Part shown: one piece after another, positions 12,525 through 30,615 of the stretch
Layout: every line of letters starts with the position of its first letter
Numbering within the stretch: position 1 is the first letter of the stretch
Assembly: GCA_037447605.1 (NCBI GenBank)
Contig: CM074812.1
Coordinates: forward strand, 1,922,001-1,986,000
Direction of reading: 5' to 3'
Origin: Zygnema circumcarinatum SAG 698-1b
Lineage: Eukaryota; Plantae; Zygnematophyceae
Length of the DNA: 64,000 bases
Notes under the pieces: model-generated
Databases searched by the model: none
Seen by the model: the letters and a program-made list of their open reading frames with translations, nothing else
Told to the model about the DNA's origin: nothing
Made by a program: the position numbers and the translations under genes

Positions 12525-14133
12525 CCCGGAAAAGCATCTGCCCGCATTGTCGCCTCCACCATGGCGGCGCACAGAAGCAGTGCAACGCTCCACAATGCCG
12601 AAGCCATGGAGGCCCGCACTGCTCCCTGCCTTCGCTGTCTCACTGCCTCTTTCCCTTATCCCTCCCTCTAATTCTCTTCTTCCTTCCCCTCTTCCTCTTT
12701 CGTTTCTCCCTCTCTTCTCCCTCTTTTCTCTCTCCCTCCCTCTCTCAACCGCGTGCTCGCTCGCAGGCCTCTCCCGCGTCGTCGGAGTCTCCGCCTTCAA
12801 ATAGTGCCGCCGCCGCGCTGCCAGCGCACCCGCGCTTTTTGACAGCCTGCGAACGTAGAACTAATAGCGCGCTATCGTGATACTTCTAAAATCCCACCTC
12901 TAACCTGCGCACCCACGCAGTACGCGTTCCTTGTTGGTTTGCCGACCGACCTGCGCTTTCCGGTTCGGCAGCTCCCGCCAGCGCACGCCCTCGTTCCGGC
13001 GCTCCGATATAGAAGCGGTATTGCGCGACGCTGGCTTGGAGGAGGGAACCACAGGGCGGGGCCATGGGAAGGAGAAATGAGGACACACGTACTATAGAAA
13101 CAATACTTGTTGTTATTATTGAAAATGGCTACATATGGACATGGGGTACTAGTTTTGGAAAACCCTCCGAGGCATCCCTCGCGGTTTTTTAAACCGACAA
13201 ACTCTAGTGTACGGATTCCGAAAAGCGTTCAATTTCCCGATCTGCCACGCTGGCGCAACTTGCCTCAAGTACGCCAATCAGGGCTTGGATTGGTACGTGC
13301 GACAAATCTGAGCTGGCCCACCCGCTGAGCTGGATCCAGAAACGACAAGCGGCCTACTTTGACCAATCAGCGGCCCTTGGCCACAAATATCTGGCTGTAA
13401 CTGAGCCATCACATGTGCGGAACCCGTTGGGGCGCCGCCGCGCTGGCGAGAATTCAGCCGGCGCACGTGTAGACACGTGGCTGACGTTTCAGACTGTAAC
13501 TGAACGGGTAGTACATGGGATGGGACGAGGTGGCAGGTGTCATGCAGACCGTACAGATTGGCCGTACGCCGCAGAAATACAGTATTGGGCATGAAAGGTT
13601 TGTTGTAGCGAACATGAGATGCACAACCGCATGTGGACGGTCCACCAGCGGGTAGTTGGCAAAGAGGACGATCAATTAACAATGTTGGTTGTGAAGTTGT
13701 TGGTTTCTCAAGTTGCGGAAATCGCAAGGTGTGCGGCCCCATCATTACTCGAATGGACCATTTCATCCAAACACGCCCAAACATAGCTTTCACACCTTAA
13801 AAAAAAAAAAAAATTTGCGAGTGGGAAACTGTTGCATTCTTAACAGCCATAGAAATCGAAACATCATTTCATATTATGGTAAAGGCTACCGCCCTGCGAG
13901 ACCCGTACAATTAAGTTATCACTTTTCCCCTGGTCCTCCCCCACTCTCTACCTCAGTCGGACCATTCCCCTCTTAAAAACCCTAAACCCTAAACCTCAAC
14001 AAAGTAAAACTCAGTTTTTCCCTTCAAACCTTTACCCAACAAGACCCTCATTTCAACCTTAAGACCTCCCCTCACCTCCCCTCCCCCCACCCTCGCCCTT
14101 CAACCCCCTAAATAAGAAAGCAGCGAAGGCCCG

Positions 14134-17100
14134 TCACGTGACGGGCGCCTTGGGCTGGCAGGCCCTGCATGCCCGGCGGCAGTTCCCGTCCCCGTGGTCC
14201 CCCACCATGTAGAGCGGGTTTTTGTCGCACTCGCCCGCGGCCGCCCACTCCGCGCAGTGCACGTCCTCGTCCGTACAGAGGGAGGGGTCCTTCCGGGGCC
14301 TGTCGAAGGAGCCCACGTGGATCCACTTGGTGGCGGACCACTTCTGACCCTCCACGACGGGACACGCTGTGTGCATGGAGTGGTCGTCGGCGGACCCGTC
14401 AGGGTTCAGACTGAAGAAGAGGAGGGCGTCGCCCTTCGTGGGTTTAACTGGGGTTTAAGGGCACAGGGAGGGCACAGTGGAGGGAGAATCAGATGGAGGT
14501 TTTGAGGGGAAATCAGATGGAGATTGCGATGGGATTGAGTTCAGAATGAGATTATATTGAGAGGGGCTTGAGGTGAGAGGGGTTAGGAGGGAGAGGGAGA
14601 GGGAGAGGGAGAGGGAGAGGGAGAGGGAGAGAGAGAGGGAGAGGGAGAGGGNNNNNNNNNNAGGGAGAGGGAGAGGGAGAGGGAGAGGGAGAGGGCTTGG
14701 GATGAGATTGAGATTGAAATCAAGGCAAACAAGGGGGGGCGTAGGAGGCGAGGGAGGGAGGGGGAGGGGGAAGGGGGGAGGGAGATTCACATCACAGTTT
14801 TGCATAGTATTTCAAGATAGAGAGGGCTATTACCTGCTACACCGGCGTTGCTGCAAGGTGACCAGGTCGAGTCCCGGGTAAAGCCCTGCTCCTGCATGCA
14901 GCAAGCACATTTCCCGACAAACGCAGTTCAGCAAGGTTGACTTTTTTGGCACCTCACATCTTTTCCTTTTCGCTACAGAATTGGATCTAACAATCAATAA
15001 AAGGGGGAGAGAGGGGGAGAGGAGAGGGTAAACATACCTGAGATCTTGGAAACACAGTTTCTCCTCCGTGAACTACATCTGACAAATACATGAGAACAGT
15101 CGCATATCTATCTCCCCCCATCTGTGTCTTCGCATCTTCACCGAAAAAGTCATAGTGGGCATCATATTTCTGTCCGTAGTTATATCGCAGGACTTGGAGG
15201 GCCTCTCCGTTCTCTGAATGGCCACAGAACAGAACGGAGTTCCGTAAAGTCAGTGAAGATGAGCACTCTCTATTGCTCACATGGAAACGCCCCCCTGATT
15301 CCCAAAAGCAAAGAGATGGAACTATGGGCTTGCCATGCATTAGACATTCTAAGAAAGGGATTGTTCCACTTTTGGTCTCACCTACTGGAAGGAAAGTCCA
15401 ATGAGCAATGCGCTCCTCAATTCTTTTCACAATGTCATCCTGCACATACGAATAAACAGATATCAGCTAAAACGAAGTACGCTTCAGTCTATTATCTTCC
15501 ATAGGCCCCATTCCTCATTTTCCACTCCCCCTCCCCCCCTACCTTGTTTCCTCTCCCCCATTTCTCCCCTCCTCCCGCTCTTCCTCTCCCTCGTTACCTT
15601 TCGCTCTCCCTTCTCCCTCTCCCTTCCTCTCCCACTCCATGAATGAAAATTTTCAATCCATATAACCACAAAACTGCATGGGAAAACGAGGAGCACCTCT
15701 GCCTTATTGATGAACATTCCCCAGCTCGTCCGAATCTCACTTTTTACGCTCTCACTGTTGATAGTGGCAGCCACAGTGGAGGGCTGAAGCCTAGGAGTAG
15801 CCTATTACAAAGGGATAAAAAAGAGGAAATAGTTTACATTTCAAAATAAGCTGGACAAAAATCAATGCAAGAGGGTCCCTATTATGGTTTTCGCTGGTTT
15901 AGTAGTTCCCTAGGTTCTCAGGGCACTTCTAGACTTTGGACTCTAGCAGGTGAAGCAAATAGGTATATTGTTCGGAAAAAGTTTGCTTCCTTGCTACTCG
16001 AAAGGGTGGGTAGAGGGACGCTGTTTTAGAAAGGAGTGAATCTCATCTGCAATACATATCAGTGAAAGTACGTACAAGCTGGATGATGTGGTCACATTCT
16101 TCAGGGGTGAGGAAGCCCTTGTAAAGAAAGGCTCTGCAATTCAGGGAGAGGCAGTCACTCAGTTCGTACCCACACACACTGACATTGACAGCTGGAATTA
16201 GTCCAATTCCTGCCAATTGATGAATTGAATTAAAACGACGCTTCGCCTATGTATATATTTGAACGAATAAATGAAAAAAAAAAACAAAAACGAAGAAAAG
16301 TGGCTCACGACGTACCGAGGTTTCCATGACAGCTGCACGACCCGGTCAGGATTTAGCAGGTGTGAACTCGGATTGGCCTTCACAAATTCTTGCTTCTCTT
16401 CCATTTTGGAAACCCGTGCGGCATTGCTTCTGCGCAAAGTATTGATGTCATATGCATCCTTGCGGCTGTTATACCTGCATAGGATTTGCGACATTATGGG
16501 CATTGTAAAGATGGGAGGGGTCAGAGATTTCAAACTGCAGTAGGGCCCGAGATAGGGAAAGAGAGTAGGGAATTGGGAAAATAAAATGAATGCGGCGTGC
16601 TTGGGATCGCGCAGGATGTCGGCGAAGATGGGGGAGAGCAGAAAGGAGGAGAAGGCGGCGGAGGAAGGATGGGAGGGGTTGTGGAGGGAGGGAGGGCGGG
16701 AGGGAGGGAGGGGGGATGGGGAGAGGGGGGAAGGAGGGAGGGAGGGAGGCGGGGTAGGAGGGAAGGGAGGGAGGATGGATGGAGGGAGGGAGGGAAAAAC
16801 GGGAAGCGAAGGAGGGAGGAAGGGAGAGAAGGAGGGAGGGAGGGAGGAAGGTGGGGTGGAGGTAGGGAGAGAAAAGTAGAGCGATGTGAGCGAACGAGAG
16901 AATGTAAACCCAGCGAGACTTAAAAAAAAAGTGTTCAGAGTGTAAGAGGAAGCTCTGCATCATTCTGGACGATGCCAGAAAGTCCAACGCATGATGCGAA
17001 TGCTTGCATGACATACTCCCCGAGGACCCTACACCAGTCTGAACTTGCTGACAACAGGAAGTAAATCAGCAATGATACGAAAAGCAACATCTTTAGGAAT

Positions 17101-17317
17101 CCATACAGGAAGGAAAACGGAATTTAACCTAAATCCAGAAAATTCAACCAGTTCTACAAAACAACTGAGGCAAATGGCAGCCAGCGAGCACGCACTTATC
17201 TCCCATCCATCCAGGGAACGCATCCGAATCAGCGACTTCTCCGTCTACGAGCTGCAAGAGAGCAGTCGAACAGCTCCAGAGGACAGCCACGACGGCAAGG
17301 CGCCGATTGCACCCCAT
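14134..17317 (-). CDS. P4H: Prolyl 4-hydroxylase with C-terminal ShKT domain, copy 2
   Basis: Signal-peptide-like MGCNRRLAVVAVLWSCSTALL, NPDRVVQLSWKPRAFLYKGFLTPEEC, RTSWGMF, YDAHYDFF, ATVLMYLSDVVHGGETVFP, SMHTACPVVEGQKWSATKWIH, and ShKT CTDEDVHCAEWAAAGEC. Confidence 0.93.
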
Positions 17318-18378
17318 GTTCTTCACTGAGTTTACCGAAACAGAGCACTGGTAATACCAAATCCTGCGGACTCGAAGATAACCTGCAAGTAAAGGTAACA
17401 CAAGCCGAAAATAATGCGGAACAAGGGCTAAAAAAGACTAAAAAAATCGCTTTGAAAACGAGACAGGAAGGACACCAAGGCGTTGACTGCCTACAGAGGT
17501 TTCAAAGGAAAGGGAAGGAAAGGGCGAGGGAGGAAGCGCCGGACGTTTCGCAGGACAAGCAAGCGGCGCATGTCGCGATGGCTCCTCGTCGTACCGCGCG
17601 CGAGGGCGCAGGAAACTTGGCGAACCGGCGGCCTCGGCCCATGTCCGGCACTGCCGGCGCCGTACGGTACGGCCGCGAGTTGTCGCGCAGCGGGATTGAT
17701 TGGTCGCTTCCTGCCTCCGTCCAAAGTACAGTTTTAGGGTTTCTATGCGGTCTGTGAAATTCGAGGAATCAACTGCTTCTTTGGTCGTGGAACGGACCCA
17801 ACGGCTGCTTCACGGTCGTACGCAACGACACTGTGAGGAAGATCTGCTATTCCCGTTCGCGTTATTTGGATTCCCCCACTCGTTACGTTACAGTATCCGA
17901 TTGCCCAATCTGTGGATACTGTACGGCACAACTGCGGCGTGCGTAAGCACATGAAACTGCATGGCGGTTGATGACGCCACCGCCTCACAATTCAACGGCT
18001 TCCAATTTCCGGTTTTTGGCTTCGGTTTTTGTTTTTTGGTTTTTAGTTTTTGGTTTTGGTTTTAGTCGTTTACTGTAAGTCCGCGGACCGCGTTCGACTT
18101 CCGAAGGAGAAGCTTAGGCGTGTGACGTAGTCTTCACCAGCGATGACGTCATCAAAGCTTTGGCCGAGCCCCATACCGCCGGAGTTCCTCCCCTTCCGGT
18201 TTGAAACCCGACGAGATGGTTTCCTGTTTTCATCGAAAAACTAAAACACTGTTTTCTTGCCGCACTGTTTTGCCATCTGACAGGGACCACGTGCACCGCA
18301 TTTCAATCGCAATTTATTCATAAAAATTACAGTATACAGAGAGCATCCCAAAAGTTCAGAAGATTTGAATCTTTAAAT

Positions 18379-21300
18379 TTATCTTTTTTTGGTACGCCGA
18401 AACTCTTCGAGACATTTTTCGAGCTGCCGTACAAAGGTTTCGACTTCCGCCTTTTTGAGGCCCAGTGCTCCTGCAGCGGTCATGTACGGCCATGGGTAGC
18501 TGCACGTGGGCATGCATGCATGCATGCATGGCGCCATGCCATGGCACCCCCCCCCCCCCCCCCCCCCCCCNNNNNNNNNNCCCCCCCCCCCCCCCCATGC
18601 ATGCATGCATGTCAGTGCCATCCATGCCCACAGAACAACAAAAGTTTCACAAACAAGAAAATACAAATTAACTGCGCAAAGGAAAAGAAAAAAAGGTTAA
18701 CATTTTCGACCTACTTGTCATGAGAGGCTCCAAACCCTTTGAGGTCGATCCCCGCAACCATTTGCGACACGCCACGTGGAATAATTCGGCAGCCGGAAAC
18801 TCTCCTGCAAGTAAATCATTTTTGTTTTTAAAGTCCAATCAACACCCGCCGCTATCCACGTTCATTTCAGAATTTCCGTTGTTTTAGTAAATAGGACCCT
18901 TCTATTTCATCAAAGGAAAATTTAGGACAAAACCATACCTGAGAAAAAGCATAGACCCCAAAAACGTGAGATTCTCGTCCTTCCCATCAGATTCGGCATT
19001 TTCGTCTAAAGGACTTAATGGGCTCTGGGCATCGCCAATTTCTATGGATAAGGCCATTTTTTCCTGGCTTCCTATTGGCTCCGACAACCTTTGTCCTTCA
19101 AGAATATCTCCTGCTCCTGCAGCGTCATTCCCCGGACTTGGGCTCCTATTTGAGAGAGTGATTGCCATAGAAATGGGGTTATTCGGGGTAAGCAGTAACC
19201 TTTCACCTGCATCCAAAACCACAACATGCCCTCCATTTCGTTCATCCACTAGGCTTACGCCACCTGTCCATCAGCACCTACAAAAAGGCAATACCTACTA
19301 ATACTTGACTCAATCCGGACATTCTCCCTCTTCATTGATCCCTCTCTTCTTCTCTTCCTTCCGTTCTGTTCTCACTCATTCTCACCCCTCTCCCCTCTGC
19401 CTCCCTCTCTTCCTAAACGTCCCCCCTCTGTCCCTCTCCCATTTCTCACTTCCCTCACCCCTGATCTCTCTCGCTGTCTCTCTCTCTCTCTCCCTCTCAT
19501 TTCCATTCCATACTGTACTGCACCCTTTGCTTTCGTACCATGTCTGACTGCCACCTCCTCTAGTCGAGATCGCAGATGCAGAAATACCTCCTCCCTATCA
19601 GCAAGCAGCGACTTCCAGCCTGCACTCAAGAAAAGTCAAACCAAGTCAAGTCAAGTCAAGTCAAGTCAAGTCAGGTCAAATCAAGTCAAGTCAAGTCAAG
19701 TCAAGTGAAGTCAAGTCAAGTCAAGCAATGAGTGAGCCTACCCGTCGCTCCGAGAGAGAGAAGTGTGATAAGAACATCCAGAAGAGGGCTTAACGACGCT
19801 CGTCCTGCACAGAAAGTCAGTCTATATCTGTTTCAACTTTCCAAAACAACAAAGAAACCGTAAAGTCAAACACCAAGAGAAAAAGAAATGTGAGCCCTCT
19901 CTCTCGTCCTTCTCCTTTCGTTTCCTCTCTCCTCGCCTCCCCTCTCCCCACTCCCCACTTCTCTCCCTCTATTCCTTTACCAGGATAGGCTGCATTCACT
20001 GCATTTACAAGCGCCGAATTTTTCGCTCCGGCTGCCAATACGGCTCCACCCACCTGCAGCCGATCCCTTCCCTCGATAAAGTCAAATGACTTTCAGCGTT
20101 CAAAGGAAACCTTCAGAATCACAGAGACAAGCACCTGTCTTCTCAAATCTTGTGCATTACAGGGCTAGGGGGCTACAGATGCCCTTCTTTCAAATTGAAT
20201 TAGTTTAGACAATTGTTTTTACACATGAATACAATCATACAAGTGAAAGCACTCCTTTGAGAATTTGACAGCACAGAAATGTGATGCAGATAATGGACCT
20301 TTGAGGTTTGCAATATGGAGGACTACCGGAACAAGAAAGTTTTTGTCGGTGCTTTGAATTACGCCATCGACTCGTCCCCTCCTCCACGCGCGAGTTATAG
20401 CACCACACAAAGCAGATGCCTGAAAAAAAGGAATAATATGTCTCATGTTGATGATGAAGCAGCGTCAGAAATTCAATCTCTCTCCCCACTCATATGTATG
20501 TTGTTGTTTTTGCTTCCTTCGCTCCCTTTTTTTGATGAATGAGTGAGTTGTCGCAAAGGTTAGACAATACTTGCATTAAAAAGGACTTTGTTAAAGGAGA
20601 TATCTGTCTGCTGACCTGCACTCCATATGCATTGTTGATGAGGTGGCCGACACCTACTCGTTCACACAACTTTGCAATTTCTTCCACGCTAAAACTCACT
20701 CCCACCCCCTCTAAAAAAATGAAAACCCAAAAAAAAAGGGTTGCGAAAACAGGCAAATTTCTGCATAAAGGAATTTCCAACATACTATTATCATGAACAA
20801 TTGAACACCGTACGATTACGTTGTGTAGAGGGAAACCTGTCCGATGCCCGCGGAGCGAAACATGATGTAGTGGAGAGTATGCAGACTATGGAATCTGCCC
20901 CTCTCTGCATCACTTCCTCCTCCAACGCACGTATGTCGGTCCGCAGTTCATCACCCTCCCGTATGTTACCAATGACCTGCGCTTCGGAATCGTATTGACA
21001 AGGTTATCCAGAGGGAGGAAAGAGAGGAGAGAAATTGATGATAGAGAGAGAAAGGGAGGGGAGCGAGGGAGAGGGAAAAGGAGATGGAAAAGTGAGTGAA
21101 GAACAAAAAGAAAGAAGGAAAGAAGAAGAAGAAGAAGAAGAAGAAAGGACGAAAGAGAAGGTAAGAAGGTAGGGGGAGGAGAGAGGGGGAAAGAGAGTGC
21201 CATCGAAAGGAAAGGAGAGAGGGGAAAGGGAGCTACCACGAGGTCTAAGCCTGCTGCCACCACCGCTTTGAGACAGGTCTTTTGGTCGATGCGTGGCCAC

Positions 21301-23502
21301 AACACATACCTGCTTCAGAAAAAAGACAGCATCTGCAATCAAGTTAGAGAGGGAGAGAGGGAGAGGGGGAGAGAGGGAGAGAGAGAGAGAGAGAGTGAGA
21401 GAGAGAGGGAGAGAGAGAGAGAAGGATAGGACAGAGAGTCAAGGGCAGAGTATCTGCTGCAGTCAGGATTCAGAATAGCTGACTGAGCTGACACGTAGTA
21501 AATTGATGTTTGAAGATGAACGGAAGCTGACCGTGCTGAAGTCGGCCTCTGCCTTTTAAGGGCCTGAAGGGAGAGAGAGAGAGCCATTCCAGTGGCGACA
21601 GGCAGTACACTTACAGCGCCTATATCTGCAAATATCTTAAAAAAAATCAGATTGGCCTTCTCATTGAATTAAGGAACAAGTTCAATACGTACCAGCTTCT
21701 CTTTTTCAACTCCAGTCCGGATTTTTTAGCATCTTTCGGCTTCTCTAAATACTTTTATACCTATCGATATGCAAAGAAGCTTTCGAAGTGTGGACCTGAC
21801 GTCAAATAAGGAATACCTTCAAGGTAGGATGGGAACAATTCTGATTCGCTTCAAACAAGACCAAAATATTGCCATTGAGTGCAAAGGAATGAAAAGAGGA
21901 AGAACATGCAGCTCTTGTACCTTGAAGGCCTGCAAGAAGAAGGGCATCTTTGACCATCAGGTTGGTTAGTCGGGCTGCCAAAGTAGACCCTGCTGCCTGC
22001 ATATTCCAAGAAGCTTCATTATCTCCTCCTCTTCTCCCATTCTTCTCTCTCACTACCGTTCTCCCTCTCTCTCTCACTCTCTCTCTCTCTCTCTCTTTTC
22101 CCCTCCCTTCCATTTCCCTCTTCCCCTTTGTTCACCCTTGCTCAAATGACGGGAGAGAAGCTGCCCGCATCACTGGAGGAGAAGAAAGAGGGAGAGGTTG
22201 GATGCCAGGGCTTGTCAGTCTTGAAAAACTCGTACGGATTTCACTTCGGATTTTTTTCGAAAGCAGTACCTATGTGCTTCGTTGTTTCAAGTTTTTTTGC
22301 GTGCAAAAAGTACTAGTTTGTACTCTACTACATTTCAGAAAATCTCCATGGTTGACAAAATCAGATTGACCCTATCAAATGGATAAAGCAGAGAAGAGAG
22401 CGAGGGGAAAGAATGTAAAGTAAATCACCTCCTTCCTCCCTCCCTCTTTGCATACCTTGGGCTGCTCATCAGTAATATTGCCTGATCTTCCGATTCCGTG
22501 TGCAAATCCGTAGTGCCGTTGCCAGACGAGGTTGCTCACACATCGAGCTTCTCTCTCTCCCATGCCGACCGCTCCTGGGAAGTTATTGCTATCCATAAGA
22601 GCCATATCCTGAAGCCATCAATAGAATCAAGCTGTGCGTCTTTGTCAAAAAAAACAGTCATTCGTATGTAAAAAAGGTACGTTTTCACGTCTCTTTATCT
22701 CCTTTCTCACTTTGCCTATTTCCCAGTACTTCCTTCCCTCCCTCTCCCCCCCTCCATAATACCATGTATTGAGAGGGAAATGAGGCCTACATTTCCGCCT
22801 TACCCGCAAAAGAAGTTCAATAGTTGCATCATCCCAACCATTCTGTGGAAGGTGACGGTGAGATAGAAGGGCCTTCACCTGCACATGTAAATGTTAACCA
22901 TTAGAGGTTTGTCAAAAAAGAAAAAAAAAAGAAAAAAGGAAAAGAGAAAAAAAGAGAAAACAAAAAGGTTCGTTCTTAAAGAAAATATTTCTTCCATGCA
23001 CTAATAAATTAGGGCAGCCCAGCTGCCTATCCTGTCCCTTAAACAGAGGCCGACCTACTTTATTTTTCACTGGCATCAGTGCATCCAAATATCAATGTTT
23101 TGATCATGCAAATATGTTTGTCCGCGTTAATGCTCAACTTAAAGCGTTGAGTGTTCACATAAAGTGAGTAGCCGGCTTAAGCTCGAATTGAAGTGTAAAT
23201 ATTAACGTTTTATTTTGTTAAAGCATAATGTAAGCATTAGAATTATACTTCCATTGTTTAAAGGATAAAGCAAAGGGATTGCCACAGGAGGGAGGGAGGG
23301 CGGGAGGGAGGGGGAAGGGGGGAAAGGGGAGAGGAGGGAGGAAAGCAGAGAGAGGGGGTTGGAGGGGGAGGGCGGGAGGGCGGGAGGGCGGGAGGGAGGG
23401 AGGGAGAACCATGCCATGCCGCTGGGTAAGCGCCTGTCCTCCCTGGCGGATGTATGTTGCGGAAACAAGACCCTCCGCCAAGGCGAGGTTGGCAGAATCC
23501 AT
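18379..23502 (-). CDS. SEPSECS: O-phosphoseryl-tRNA(Sec) selenium transferase (selenocysteine synthase), 15 exons
   Basis: The hand-spliced, phase-consistent ORF matches eukaryotic SepSecS: [86 protein letters not shown] (PLP lysine), [26 protein letters not shown]. Confidence 0.96.
19634..19725. repeat. (CAAGT)n pentanucleotide microsatellite in a SepSecS intron
   Basis: About 18 near-perfect caagt units. Confidence 0.9.
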
Positions 23503-24912
23503 GGCTTCCAAGGTCTGCTGCTCAAACTCTGCAGCTGTTGGGTCTACCGTGTCGTAGTATGCTCACTTGCAGGGCTTGCACTGCCCTCCGATCTTTCCTT
23601 CGCTCCTTTCCAGCTCGTGCCTCTCACTCTCTCCCTCTAGCGTTGGGGGCACGGTCCCGGTTCCATGCGCCTACCGTTTACCAGCAAAACGTGCGTTCCA
23701 TGGCCCTGTCCCCCGTGGCAGTCCGTGTACCCGCGTTGTTCGCGCCGTCCTCGAATGGTGCCTCGCCACGTGGGCGACCTGTCCAATTGGCCAATGGCCG
23801 CTCGCCAAGTACGCGACCACTCATCGACGCTCGCCTTCTGTAATTTTGCCCGGAAATGTTTTCTTTTCAGCCGTACGGACTGTGGTGTCGCCTGTGGGGC
23901 CCACCAGTGCCGCTCTACCCCTACTGTACTATGTTTTCCGTACCCGGATGGCGCCAATTCGCATCCGCTCTTTCGCACGTGTGACGAAACGGCTAAGGGC
24001 CCGCCCGCCCGCCCGCCCGCCCGCCCGCCCGCCCCTCAACGTTCACAAGGCAAATGTCGGCGGCCGGCCGTTGCGGGCCACATGGAACGGGTCCTCAACT
24101 GAAGGAGCTCCGTGGAACTATTGCCGATGCCCGTGACGAAATCCATGGAGCGCGCTCTCCGGCCCCCTGTGGCTCGGCGCGACCGCTCTCCGCCGATTCA
24201 AACATTTGAGGGATCGCGGAAAATGGAAACCCATGAGTGTTAGAGCCAACCGCGAGCTGCCACGTCCGCACGCGCGCACACGTGGCGGGCAGGCCGCCCA
24301 CTGTCACTGTCGGTTGCGGGCTGTTGCGCCGCGCGTGGACTGGCGGCGGCCGTACGCATTTGGAATTGCGCGCATGGAAAGGCCGGTTCGGCGGATTCAC
24401 GACATTTCCAACATAGAACCTTGGAAGGCGCCCCTTTTGCCGGCCTTTGAAGGGCCCCTTCTCCGTCGCCCTCTTTCAAGCAGCCATGGCTGCTGCGCGG
24501 CCTTCTTGAAGCGTCTGTGGGCGCCACCTTGTCCTGGAGAGCTCGGTCTGACGCCCTTGATATTATAGTGTGTTTTGTTTTAGTGCCATGACCGTCGTTT
24601 CTGGAGAGTAGGGAGTAAAGGAAACAAAAGGAAAGGCCACTTTCAATCGTAAATGTCCCAGTGGAGACCAGGAGAGAGAGCACCTGCTCGCAGCAGGTCT
24701 CTCTGACCCTGTTTACAGGGTTTCGGGGCCTTTTTCAGGGTTTTGATCTTCAGGCACAGCGTTCAAGCCCGTGGGAAGTGAAAGTAATCAAGAATGGTTG
24801 CGAAATGAGAGAGCGAGTGGTTATTTTAGGGTTTGCGATTGTCAATCTTTCCTAAGATATACTCGTAGGATTTTAAGAGAGAAAGAGACCTTGGAGGTGG
24901 GAGCAAGGTTAT

Positions 24913-30615
<5,703 letters not shown>

